NCBI GenBank assembly: GCA_026914245.1
Contig: CP110439.1
Span: 62,001 to 126,000 of the forward strand
Length of the DNA stretch: 64,000 bases
Direction of reading: 5' to 3'
DNA from: Puccinia triticina
Lineage: Eukaryota
Positions 52,050 to 64,000 of the stretch are shown here, in pieces. The notes under the pieces are model-generated. The model worked only from the letters and a program-made list of their open reading frames with translations. It was not told the origin of the DNA and made no database searches. The position numbers were made by a program, and so were the translations under genes. The stretch's first letter is position 1. Every line of letters begins with the position of its first letter.

Positions 52050-53299
52050 GACATTAGTCCCGTCAAACTTCAGGCTCTTGCCATGCGGTGGCTTGATCTT
52101 GACGGATTCGACAACTTCCGATTCGGCCATGGCGCTCCGGAAAATCTTCAGACTGGAAATAACAACAGAGGCAAACAAAAGGGCGGCTCACAGTGTGGCA
52201 AGTAATGTTTTGACGCGTGTAGAGATGCCCGGAGGTGCACAATGGATGGGACTTACTTCTGTCTCTCCTATGCCCCGCGGCTGAACACCCTAAAAAAAAT
52301 AACAACAAAACTCGTGTCGAACTTGATCCTCAAACAAGAATCCAAAGACGTCTTTGGCTAAGTCCACGGTCAATCGTGATAACGAAAAGAAACGAAATTC
52401 AATGAAATCCAGCCTAAGACCACCAGCCCGTCTCAAAATCCTGACGCGAGACTGTAAATCTTGAGGTCGCTGGCTTGATCCCGGCTCGGGGGACCAAATA
52501 TGGACTCCTGTCGGGTCTGAGCCAAGGCAGTCGGTGGAGGGGATGGTGCTAAGTGCTGCCCTCTTTGGTGGTCCTGCGAAAAGTATTGGGGAAAATTCGA
52601 ACAAAGTGATAGCAGTTGGGGGTGGGATTTGTAAGAGATGGAACAAGGGGGTTGGGATACCCTCGGCGGTTTTGGTTGGATGGAAAAGCTCGGAGGGAAG
52701 CCGGCGCGGACGTCGGAAAATTCGGGTAGTGATCAAAAGAAAGAAACTCAGGAAGCTCCGGGTACTCAGAACTCAAAAGGATGCGGGGATGGATCGACAC
52801 GATCCGGGATCAATGAGCTCAAAAACTCTGATGATATCTTTCTGGGGGGGAAGAGAGTACCATGCGGATCCCTCCTCCAAGTTTGGGTGAACTTGGATTC
52901 AGGCCCGCGACATGCCGCGCGACAAGCCCTCGTGCCCGCCACGCCCTTACAACTAGGATGAGAAGATGAGACAAACAACAAAACAAGACCAACCCTCCTC
53001 CAACTCAACCTGTCCAACGCCCGCAAGGAAGAAACAGAAAAGAATAGGCATGTGTAAAATAAAGGTAAATAGAGGAGTCAAAAAAAAAAAAAAAACCAAA
53101 CAACAAAAGAAAAGGAAGAAAGAAAGAGAAAGAGAAAGGGAAAGAAGGGAGAAAACGGGGAAGGAATGAGAACAGGAGCCTAAAACAAAGTCGTGAGGGT
53201 GTTGTGCGCGCCGTGCCGTTGGGTGTTGGGGTCTTGATGATCTTGAAACCTTTATCCCGGTGTCCTGATCCTGTGTACGCGCCAGAACTCCACATCGGA

Positions 53300-54236
53300 G
53301 GGTCCGGAGTCTAGTATTATTGCATCCGCAGAATCCATAGCGTTGTTTGCCAAGATTATACCGGTCATGGCTTGGTGAGCATCAACCTCTTCTTTGCTGT
53401 AAAAGCCGTTGTTACCCAGATTCCCAAATATCTCAATTTCCGTCCCAATGGGATCATAGAAACTAATTTCCTCTTCTTCAGTTTCTTCCCCTTTAACCGC
53501 TATGAATGAGACGTTCATTCCATTGGCTTCTCCTATGTTTGCCTTTGGTGGTGCGAATTTATAATTAGTCCACGGCTTGCGGCATTCCTTTTCTGAGTGT
53601 CTGGGTTTGTTGCAATTGTAACATTTCCCAATTCTCCTTGATCCTTGTGGTTGTTGTCCAACCATTGCGATTTTGTTGGTCTTCTTTAGCTTTAACTGTA
53701 AGTAATCTTTCTCTATTTTGCTGATAACGTCCTCGGTCTTTAACATTCTGCTGTCTTGTATAATAATTTGAACTAATGATTCAAATTCCTTTGGTAATTT
53801 CTTTAATATTAATAAGGCTAGTACTTGCTCTTTTACGTCAAGGCCTGATGTGCAAATTTTGCTGATGCTGTTGCGGACCTCCTTGACAAATTCCTTTGTT
53901 TCTTTGAATTATAAGTCGATAAATTCCCCTAATGCAAGCATTTGATGGTGCGCCTCACTACCCGCATATTTCTTCTGGAAAAGTTCACGTAACTTGAGTC
54001 CCTCGCCTTCTTTGTTGGTTCCAAGTTTGCTATTGACAATGGCAATGCGCTCTTTGTCCAGATGCTTCATAATAAGCACGTAAAGCTTATGTTCTTATCC
54101 GTGACATCAGTAACTGGCTGTTTTTTGATGATTGGTAAACATCCTAGGCTATACATTTTGGCTCGCATGTGGTTGCCCATGTTGCGTAATTTTTGTTGTT
54201 AAGTTGGTAGTGTTTGGTTTCAGTGGTGGATTCCAT
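53300..54236 (-). pseudogene. Decayed Copia gag-protease fragment (second family)
   Basis: LNNKNYATW, LLILKKLPKEFESLV, zinc knuckle CYNCNKPRHSEKEC and IILDSG, with stops and a frameshift; LTR-like sequence lies upstream (~54282-54830). Confidence 0.8.
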
Positions 54237-54838
54237 TCTGTTATGTTGATGTTGTAGTCAATAGAGGTAAGTCAACCATACTGATAATGTGTTAAATTGG
54301 TGCTATAAATATTTGATTGTGTGCAATAAATGTTTCTAATTCTGTTATCTAAGTCTGTTGAGCTGAGGCTACCAGACTGTGCGGTTGTATATACAATGTG
54401 ATGATGATAAGATAATGATGATGAAGTAAATTGAAGACACAACATGGATCGTATATGGAGCCTATTTATACCAATGCCCACCACTGGTGTGTGTGAGCGA
54501 GCCCGTGTGGGCCTCCTCTTCTGTTGAAGCATTTAAGGAGACTGGCTTTCTCCGTGTGCTTTACTCTATGCATTCTATACTTTCCAAGTGTCACTCGGGG
54601 CTTCTTAGGTATTGCTTGCTCAGCCCACTGAGCTTTTCTCTTACAAGCATTTAGTCTTATTGCGGCTTTTACTTTACCTTTGATGACTTTTGTGTTTGCG
54701 TCTATTAGCAAAGTTAGCTTCTTACTGGACTTTTTATCTAATTTATTAGCTTTTTGTTTGTTGTATTGCTTTCGGCGCTGACCAAAAGCAATCCTAGCAT
54801 GTCTTGCATGCTCCAATGACTGTAGCTTGGTTGATTGG

Positions 54839-55977
54839 TGTGGTAGATGGAAAAGTGGAAAAATAAAACGTTTTTCTATGCCACATAATTACTCATACTA
54901 GGCCTCAAGATACCATCAAATGGACCCCAGAAATTGATTCTACGGCCCATTTCACCCCTAGTCACCACTGGAAGCACCCCTGGACCCCCTCTAGTGTGGA
55001 AGTTACACCTCATGGACACCTATCACACGGCCAGCCCCAGTAACCCAGCTGTCACCTGCCCCAACCCAAGTTTCACAGTAGTGCACTTATACACATCACA
55101 GGATACAAACATACATCTCCCTGTCAGGCTACACTCATTACATATTAGCTAAATACACTCCTTTATACACATAGTATGACATCATTTACACTGTTTCTGC
55201 AGCCTCAGACTTTGTGTATACACTAATTACCCCTGTATGACAGCTCATGCAGTCTACTGTCACCTTATGCATGTGTTAGAATGCTCCGTTGTATATTCTG
55301 ACATCATGTATGCACCCCTGGCATGTTTAGAATGTTCTGTTGTATATTCTGACACCATTCATGTGCCCCTGAGGGGTTATGACATCAATTGTATCTACTC
55401 CCACCAGCTAAAATCCCTGACCATGTTGTCTAGATTAGCTGAAACCCTAACCCACAAGCCCCTTTGGGGCTCCACTTTTGTCTATAAAAGGAGCTCTCTC
55501 CACCCCCAGTGGTCTGCTCCCCAGTTTCTCACCCAGAACTCACAAGTCACCCAACACTCATCCACACTCAAATCCTAAAACCCTTATAACAATAAATCAA
55601 CCCTTTAACAACAATTCAAAACTTATGACAAAGTAATTAAAACACTTACACGTTGCCAGTCAAACAGATTTCATCTGGAACAGACCAGACCTATCACTTA
55701 ATAAAACTTGCCAAGCTGAGCTTGGTGGGTCTTGTTGACTGATAACAGAAGGGCAGAGCTTGCAACTCCATCATACCCTTCACCATTCAGCAAAAGGGAT
55801 TCATTACCACTTTTGAGTCTTACATCGGGGGTCGTTGATATCAACTTTGGATGCTTTGATAATACTAGTTTCTTGTGACAGTTTCTGTGACACTTCTGGC
55901 AATGACTGAGATGAGAGCATGCAAAAGCTGGCTACAGCCATCTTCTCAACAAAAAAGACTGGAAGTCAGCTGTCACA
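54839..55977 (+). mobile_element. LTR-like element (~1.1 kb), same family as 24175-24608
   Basis: TGTGGTAG start, TATAAAAG at ~55483, AATAAA at ~55591, possible end GCTGTCACA; no TSD, so the 3' boundary is tentative. Confidence 0.6.
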
Positions 55978-56986
55978 ATCAGTTGTAAATCATCCTGAAA
56001 TATACCATAACTTGCCAAGAAATAATCCAGAACTCATCTAGAATTCATCCAGAGTATAGGCCTTTCTTGGCTCCATGACCAGTGTGTCCTTTTTGTGGAG
56101 ATGTGAAAGGCCCAGCATGTGATATTGCCCCCCTCATGTACTCGCGTACATCAGGGGGAAAATTGGTGTCTCAGCACAAAGGTTTTACTTTTCATGTGGC
56201 CATGAAAGGCCCATCCTGTGATATTTCCACATAAATTTGTGTGCGTACATCAGGGTGACTATTAGCAAAGTGTGAACAAGTTGGCTTGCATGTGCACATG
56301 TGAATTTTGAAAAGCAACAAAAAAGCAAAATTCACCAGATCATTTTTGTGAGGAGGCAAGGATATCTGGCCAAACTGGAGTGGCACCGCAGTCCAACCTT
56401 GATTTCACTCAGAGTTTCACTCTATTGAAAAAAAAATTCACCATTTGTTTTAGCCAAATTCAAACAAATTCCTGCATTTCCAAGAAAATGGGTTTCACTA
56501 ATTTTACTGCAACATTACCACATTCCAAAATTCTAAACCCAATAGTACCAAGTTGAATTTTACTTTAATTTTGTACGAGGGCATGTAATGTGAATTACAA
56601 GAAACCCATTTTTTCAGAGGAATTACATTTGAGAATGTCAATTTTGCTTTGCTATTGTTGTGATGAAAGAGGGAAAAACCCATGACTCTACATTGCTCCT
56701 CCCTGCCCCCCTCTTGTCTACTCTATGCTCCAACTGTGGAGTTTGCACACCCCACCTCACAACAGCTATCCTTCAACATCAGTAAACAGGAGTAATTGAT
56801 GAGTTGAATTTGGGTGAAATATCATTTCATCATATTTTTTCCTACAGTTGTACCTAGAAAACAAGGGAGTTCTCACATGTGGCACTATAATTCTTTGGCT
56901 CTTAGCTGAAGGAGCGCTGGAGCTGGCCAGGCTGGCGGAGCTGAGTTCATAGGAACCCAGTCACAAAACCTGGGCGGCAAAACCAA

Positions 56987-57070
56987 TGGTTGTTAGCCTA
57001 GTGGGTTGCATGCTGTGCAACTGCAAACCTCCTTACAGCAAGGTTGCTGGTTCAATTCCCACTGCCCCCA
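56987..57070 (+). pseudogene. tRNA-derived sequence (pseudo-tRNA or SINE-like head)
   Basis: A-box TAGCCTAGTGG (56994) and B-box GGTTCAATTCC (57049) at tRNA spacing; stems pair poorly. Confidence 0.5.
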
Positions 57071-57162
57071 TGCCGCATTTTGGGGTTAGGGGGTGGGTTT
57101 CAGGGGTTAGGGGTTACGGCAGTTTTTTTTTAAAAAAAAACTTGGCAAGGTGTATAGTACAC

Positions 57163-57480
57163 TGTATTGGATACGTATTGGTATGTATTGGATATGTATT
57201 GGTATGTATTGGTATGTATTGGATACGTATTGGATATGTATCAGTATGTACTGGATACGTACCAAATTCAAACGTATTGGTATGTATTGGATACGTATTG
57301 GTATGTATTGGATACGTATTGGTATGTATCGGATATGTATCGGTATGTATTGGATATGTATTGGTATGTACTGGATACGTACCAAATTCAAATGTATCAG
57401 TATGTATTGGATACATATTGAATATGTATTGGTATGTATTGGATATGTATTGGTAACTAGCGGATACGTATTGGTATGTT
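57163..57480. repeat. Minisatellite of 10/11-bp units GTATTGG(A)TAY with a higher-order repeat
   Basis: About 28 units; spacer GTACCAAATTCAAA appears twice (~57259 and ~57379), giving a ~120-bp higher-order period. Confidence 0.9.
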
Positions 57481-58817
57481 CCAGTGCCAGCCAGCGTGCC
57501 AGCTCCAGTGCAGCTGGCCTGGCCAGCTCTGCTGTCCTTTGGCTTTTAGCCAAAGAAAAATGCATTATTTTCTTTGGCTAATAGCCAAAGGAAAAAAGGG
57601 ACAAAACTCAGAATTCTACACAACATTGTGTTGAGTCCCAAATCAATTCTGACTTACTTTTGAATCACTTCTCCATCCACTTTACGATTCATTTAGGGAT
57701 GAGTTACTAATCCACATCCGACCAAAACTCACATAAAATTCAGCTCTGGCACTCCCTGGGGGGTGGGAACATATCTCCCTTGGTGTTAGGTAATCTTAAA
57801 TGGCTGTTTGGGATGGCCATTGTAATATTGCAAGGCCAGTCTGTCTGTTTGCTGCACCCCTCAAAATCAAGTCTGGTCCAGTGCTCTCAAGTTTGATTCC
57901 ACAATGCCCTCACCAAGCCCTGCAACCCTCCACAACATCCATGTCTCACCTTGCTTCCAAGACCCACACCAGCAGAACCAATTGATGGTATGGTGCATTA
58001 ATCAGTGTGTTTGGGTTAGTAAGCAGAGGGATTCAAGGCTTGTTTGATTGGGGGGGAGGTTTCTTGAGTCTGGGTGCCATTGAGTTGAAGATTGGTTTGA
58101 GGCCAAAGGGTGGGATTATTACAGCAAAATTTTGGGGTCAGAGCAAAATATCCCTTTTGGCGGGGGGAATAATGGAGCATCAACTCCAGTTGTCAAGTTT
58201 ATGACACCTGGTGGGATGCCAAACAGGGACAGGAGATGGTGTAATATACCCTGTCCCCCCAAAAATAATCTACATATTTGCTTATTACACTCCCACATTT
58301 TTGGGGCCGGCCAAATGGACCCAAAGTTTTTCATGCTACCACACACTGTGACCAGAACCTCAAGTGGACAACTGCTGCAGTGGAGGACTTCCTGTGCAAT
58401 CTGGAACACCCGCAGATGTTATTTTAGACCCAAAGAGTCTAGATTTTTGCAGGGAAATCTAGCTTTTCGGGCTCTACCAATCATATTTGGATTTTTCACA
58501 TCTAAAGATCCATTTGTAATCTTGTCAATGGGGGGCTTCCCGTTGGCATCTAGAGAGCTTGATGCCTCTCTAATTCCTAAATTAAGACACCTACCAAAAC
58601 CGCAAACAGCACACATGAGAGCAACAAACTACAGGCTCAGGAAAACATTTTCCTTTATGCTGAAAATTAAGAGTTTGATTGTGTAAATTGAGATCTGGGA
58701 GGCTCCCAGACCCTACAGGAAGTCCTCCAATTTGCTTATCCCTTGAGCGCATGCACCAGATTAGTGGAAATTTGCAATTGGTTGGTTTGCCATAACTTGT
58801 CAAGCTCCTGCAGTGCA

Positions 58818-59492
58818 TCAAGGGTCCCGGCACCCTGTGCAAGCTGTTTCCGCAGGAGATTCAAATCAATATGCTCAACAGGTGCAAATGTACGTGTGTT
58901 CAAAGATCCGTTACGGTTACTTACCACCAAAGCCCGTGGGTTTAGTGTCACATTTGTATGAGCCAAATTTCGTGATACAGGCTGATACAACCAAGTCGCA
59001 ATTCACTGTTAGCACGGAGTGTTGTTAAGAGGATGACTAGACCTTATAAGTTAATACTGCACTCACATGAAATTTCATTGCTTTCTTTCCAATACCCGAG
59101 GTGACAAGTTTGTGAGGTAGTGTTGCCCGTTCTAGTTGATCCCGCCGGGACACAGTTCTCCGCGGCTAAATCAAGTTGCGAAATAGGATCGAGGGTTCTG
59201 ATTCAACTCAAGACAACACTGCGACTGACTTGCTGAATGAACTCACTGACGAAAGGCCACGAGCAGCCGTAGGAACAAACTGACTTTCCACAAGCTAATA
59301 AAAATACCAACACTGCCAATGAGCTTCTGCATGTCAAGTAAGGTCTGATGCGAAGGGAGAGGCTTAACTGGCATGATTCGTGTTTGCATTCGAGTATGTG
59401 TTGCAAATTTGCGCCTGTGGGATGAGCTTCGCAGCTCGCAGTGCGACACAGCCAAGCCAAGTTGCGACCAAGACAGCCGGAGACACCATCAT
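58818..59492 (-). CDS. Small secreted cysteine-rich protein, 117 aa, 10 Cys in the mature part (candidate effector)
   Basis: Exons 59492-59369, 59294-59247, 59165-59067, 58981-58925, 58843-58818; four phase-1 GT-AG introns of 74-85 nt; MMVSPAVLVATWLGCVALRAAKLIPQAQICNTYSNANTNHATCGKSVCSYGCSWPFVTAENCVPAGSTRTGNTTSQTCHLGYWKESNEISSCITKFGSYKCDTKPTGFGACTGCRDP. Confidence 0.88.
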
Positions 59493-60739
59493 GTAACGGA
59501 GGCTTGCAGAAATGTGAACAAGTGTTAATTTAGTGATTTCGCCGCAAGCGTGTCGATATATCTTTGCAACTGAAGGTTTGGAAAGAGAGCGAAAGGCCTT
59601 TGGGAGCGAGGATCTACAAATAATGGATATGCAGGAGAAATGAAAGTGATTTGTATGATTTTGCCGCTTGGAGAAGGCCAATTCTAGGATGATTCGGCTC
59701 AAGAATTGCTCTATGCACACCGTGCACACGTTCCATCAGCGTTACACACCTGATTTAAATGTGTCGCGAGTCGGCATACGTCCAACCTGACTTCAATTTT
59801 GTTGACATCCACCGGAGACAAACGTCAAAATATAATGTGATTGATTGGACGTCACAAAATATGTAATTTGCAGAGAGCTCTGGGTGATATGGGCCGGCGG
59901 CCCGGGCCGCTCCTGCTGGGCAGTAATTACAATTTACGGTGGTTCTAATGGCGATGGTGCTCTCGGGTGCTCCTGAAAGGCTCAAGCGCAACTTGTTGTA
60001 TGTATATACATATTTTTATATGTCATGCGACTTATAATCGGGAGACCGTCGAAAATGGTTCGTTTTGTGAGTCGACTTTAAAAGGAGCGTGGCGTGATCT
60101 TGCCTGATCTCACTTGATCTGTTCCGTTGGATATGTCTTTCCCCGCTGATAAAGTGGATGGTTCCGTCAAAGGAATAGTCTAAAAAGTGGTATGGTCAAA
60201 TCTTCACGTGAGTTGTTTTACTCAGAGTAACATCGGACGCGACAGGATTCAGAAACTATGTATAAGCCTTGCATTGATGGACTTCTTGAGTGCTTTTGTC
60301 CTGTTTGCCGCATGAAAACCCATAGACTGTGGCCAAGCTGATGATGTTTGGGGTTGTCTTCAAGAAAAAAGTGGCTTGGCGCTCGCTTCCTCGCCCTGCT
60401 CTTGTGGAGACAGCTCATGGGTAGCTGAATCCCATGGCACCCACAGACGAGAATAGCATACCGCAATCGGCTTGATCGACACCATCGACATGACCTTGTT
60501 TGATTGCATTACGCAGAGCACATGGTTCCTCCTACGATAGCACCCAGGGAAAAGTTTGATCAATTCACCTTAGCGGCCGCGACAAGTGTTCTTTAAATTG
60601 GACATTTTGTTATCACTTGATATTTCAGACATAATTTAATTCTCGTCGATGGTGCTTCTATTTGACACGGCTGCATCTTCTGACAATCCCAACTTTCATT
60701 TCAAGCTTCCAATCATCCACTTAAAACCTACAGCCCAGG

Positions 60740-61931
60740 ATGGCAACATTCAGTAAGCTGCTCGCCATCATTCTCTTGCTTCAACTGAGCTCAGCTTTAG
60801 CAACTGCTGTCGGATGTAAGCAACTTTTTTACAATCCATCTTGCACTTCTTCGCACTGATCTTGTCGGTTCTCTGTTGTAGCTTCGACAGAGGATTGTCA
60901 TCAGAGTCTTACGGTTGTCATTGTGGGAAGTTATTCCGGGCACATTGACTGCGTCTTCCAAAATCCCACTCAGAGTACTCAAGCGAAAATACTTTCTCGT
61001 CAGCCACCCGAAGGATTGCCTGCTGTAGCTAAGACGGTGTGTACTAGATGGCGGGGTACTTGTAGCTTCGTCTCGAAAATGTTCACAAGTTTTCAATATC
61101 ACGTCAACAAGAAGGGAAAACAAATGGACAAGGCTTCGTCGCACTTGGGCTATCGCTCAACTACTCTGCGCAAGTTGTGAGTCTGACAGATTTGATTCTA
61201 GCCTTGCTGTGGCTTGGTCCTGATTATTTCTTTGGTCGACTGAATAACCATAGGTCAAGTGACGACACAATGAAACTTGTGAAAGACTCATACCAGGTGA
61301 GTCAGGTTTCTGCGCACAACCCCCAGGCTCATGACCTGACAACCCCAGATGTTCAATCTTACAGAGCCGGGCATCTGCTTTATTTGGGATGAATTCATCA
61401 CCCTCTGGAGCTCTTGTCGACTTACCCCCTGAATCATATCTTCCAGTCAAAGCGTCTCCTACAGAGCTATCGTCTAAAAAAACTTCTCCGACAACCCAAG
61501 CTACTGGGAAGGCCTTGACCGCACAAATCAAACGGGCTGCCAGATTTCTCAGGAACCTATCCTCATCACATCATGCGACAACAAAATTCGCGAGGGATAC
61601 TGCCATTTCAAGTAGTGGTCTTGCATCTTTCTCCTCACAGAAGAGCTTGCCTCTCAAACGTCCGGGAACCCCAACCGCTTTGTCGGCTATCCCATTATAT
61701 AGAGGTCGCATGGCATCCTGGAAATTTCGAAGAAGCTTTTCGGGCTCAAGTCAACCTCGTTCTGATATTCCAATACGCTTGCATGTTGCTGATGACGTAA
61801 GACGAGGTGAGTAATTCTTGATTGACTCGACCGTGTTACTGGATCACATGATTGATTGTATAACTAATCTGTTCATCCTCGTTTCTCTACCAGCTCCGTT
61901 ACAGCGCTCAACACACTTCAGAAACATCTAG
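60740..61931 (+). CDS. Hypothetical basic Ser/Thr-rich protein, five exons
   Basis: ATG at 60740; donors GTAAGC and GTGAGT x3 with phase-compatible YAG acceptors link ORFs 60923 and 61389 to a TAG at 61929; no domain recognised. Confidence 0.55.
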
Positions 61932-64000
61932 ACGAACGGACCAAGGCTCCCTCCGCAACATCTTCCAGGTGAATTGCCTCGTGAATTTAATCATAACCTG
62001 TCAAATATGTACTGATTTTTCCTTTCCTAAAGAAAGAAGCGCCCGGTCACACGCAGATTACAGGGGAGCGGCAGAAGCTCATCCAGCAAGTCAACAAACG
62101 TTGCAGCCAAGATCATTGAAATCCACATTCCACCAAACCAAACCACACATACAATCTATGAGATCTCACACCTTCAAATATATCCATTTCATCATGACCA
62201 ATTCATACCAACCAAAATTGATATGATTTTACCGTCGTTTACCCGAATCAGCAGGATACCAACTAATCATGTGCTTGAGGATGATCTTGTTGCACCAAAA
62301 ATTATCCCTTCAATTACAGTAGCTTATTTTGATAATGTTTTTTTCAACAATCTTTGACCCGGATTGTTTTGTCTGGAACAGAACAATGGTGAAATTGGAC
62401 TCTTCCTTGAATTTTGACGTTGTTCCCTTTCCGTATGATATTTTTGAGGATTTAATTTAATATAGCAAGCCTCCTTCCCCTATCTCAAACCTTGCCCCCC
62501 TTTCCACCTCATAAGGTGTGGTAAGATGCACTATGAACTAAGAAAGGGTATTGTTTAGAAGTACGTATGGCAATCAATACAATGGTAAAAAAAAGATGGA
62601 TTACACAATGTTTTCGGAAAGTTTTCAATCAGACTTCCGGAAACCTTCGACCCATTTTGAGCTGTTTTTACAAGTTATTTCTCCGGAAACCTTCTACACA
62701 TTTTGAGCTGTTTTTACAAGTGATTCTTTCTATATTTATGTCGGGGGGGCAAACGTTTTTCCCCGACCCCGCGCTGGACGCTATCCGCACCGGCGCCGTC
62801 ACCGACCTCCGAGCTCGTGTTCTCCGAGCTTAACAAAGCCTTTCTGGAGGAGAGCCAGGGTCTCCGTCTCTTCGGAGGCTCGCGCTGCGCGCGAGGCAGA
62901 AGAGGGACTGACTATTCAGTCTTCTCTCGCGTTGATCTAGCAGTAGCAACAAATACTGATACCAATCATTAAGTCTGTTTTCCTGCCCGTGTGGATGCTG
63001 GAATCAGGTCATCTGTTCGAAGCAATGCTGGTCCGGGTTGGAAGAACATGATAGATTTCTTTTAGATGATGTAATTTTTGATTTCGATTCTCGAGCCTGC
63101 ATTCATTAATCTACATCTGTTAATGAAGCCTCATAGGCATTAAAGGGAATATGGCTCTCAAGATTGCGCCGTTTGGTTTAATTCATCAACATTTCCAATC
63201 GCGAGGAGCTTCGGAAAATTCCGACATGACACTGCCGCTACCGGGCACGTTCTGTCTGAACGCATCAGGTTGGTAAACCCTAGAAAGTGCAGGCGAAACA
63301 GAGGAATTGTCACCCTGGATCAGATCAGCCACCCGGGCCACACAATTGAGAAAAGTTAAACACGGGCGCGCAATGTGGGATCAGACACATGGTCGAGCAC
63401 CCATGAGTTCAACTTGAAGACAAGGGTCTGATAAGTCCCGGGCCGTTAGTTATCTTCTCCAAGTGTCTCCCAGTTGCCCCGGCCCAGCCGATCGCGTTCT
63501 CATCAAGTGGAGTCACCTGTACCTTCCCTCTATAAGACCGCTTTCTGTGACGTGCATCGTTCTACTGTTCAGTGTCCTTGGAACTGGTCGGTTGGATTTA
63601 TTCGCCTAAATTCTCGGCCAGCTTTTGCTTTTAGTCCCTGAAGTGCTTCCTTACGCGGTGTTGATTTTTCAGAGTACATTCCAGTTCTTGAGTCGGCCAT
63701 TATTATCATTTGGAGTCTTCTACCAAACCTCCTCGCCTTCGAATCCGATGTATTACTTTCATTTCAGCTTCTGGCTGTTGCAGCTAAACTGGCACCTTGC
63801 GGTTGCCTGTGAAGGTCCATTCCACTCGGTCAAATGGATTCATACTTTGTCATCCTGGCTGACGGTAGTCCAATTCTTTCTTATAACTCAATAGGCGATT
63901 GCGCTGCAAACCTCACAAAAGCATATGCTGAGGGCTACGTGCGGCTGGCCAATCCCGTCTTCGCAGGACTTACTCGCACCATTCAAACTTCCCTTCCGAA

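Noticed and set aside
57081..57116. Possible telomere
   Set aside because: Only a few degenerate TTAGGG-like units at an internal position.
56986..57581. Several overlapping repetitive ORFs (YVLVCIG, TYPIHTN, MYWIRIG)
   Set aside because: Artefacts of a stop-poor minisatellite open in multiple frames.
63200..64000. Possible 3' exons of a minus-strand gene at the window edge
   Set aside because: Splice-like signals are present, but frames stop quickly and no product is identifiable.

Overview
Eukaryotic, intron-rich fungal DNA; gene content, 60-100 nt GT-AG introns, the TE families and a 10-Cys secreted protein suggest a rust fungus (Pucciniales), which is an inference. About 0.5-21.2 kb is a compact, CpG-rich gene block: msrA, an unknown two-exon gene, a 47-aa secreted-peptide gene, a gluconokinase fused in frame to an OHCU decarboxylase, brr2, and dnmt5 (C5 methyltransferase-SNF2) head-to-head with brr2. 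About 21.4-58 kb is nested TE debris: a Tc1/IS630 element split by a hAT, a second hAT, foldback/MITE elements with intact target-site duplications, solo LTRs, a gag-only LTR element, a Copia with a half-tRNA primer site, a SNF2 gene fragment and a Zn2Cys6-like ORF. These repeats carry a strong CpG (preferentially TpCpG) transition signature. Near the right end are a five-exon 10-Cys secreted protein gene and a hypothetical gene. Gene models were spliced by hand, and novelty could not be checked against databases.
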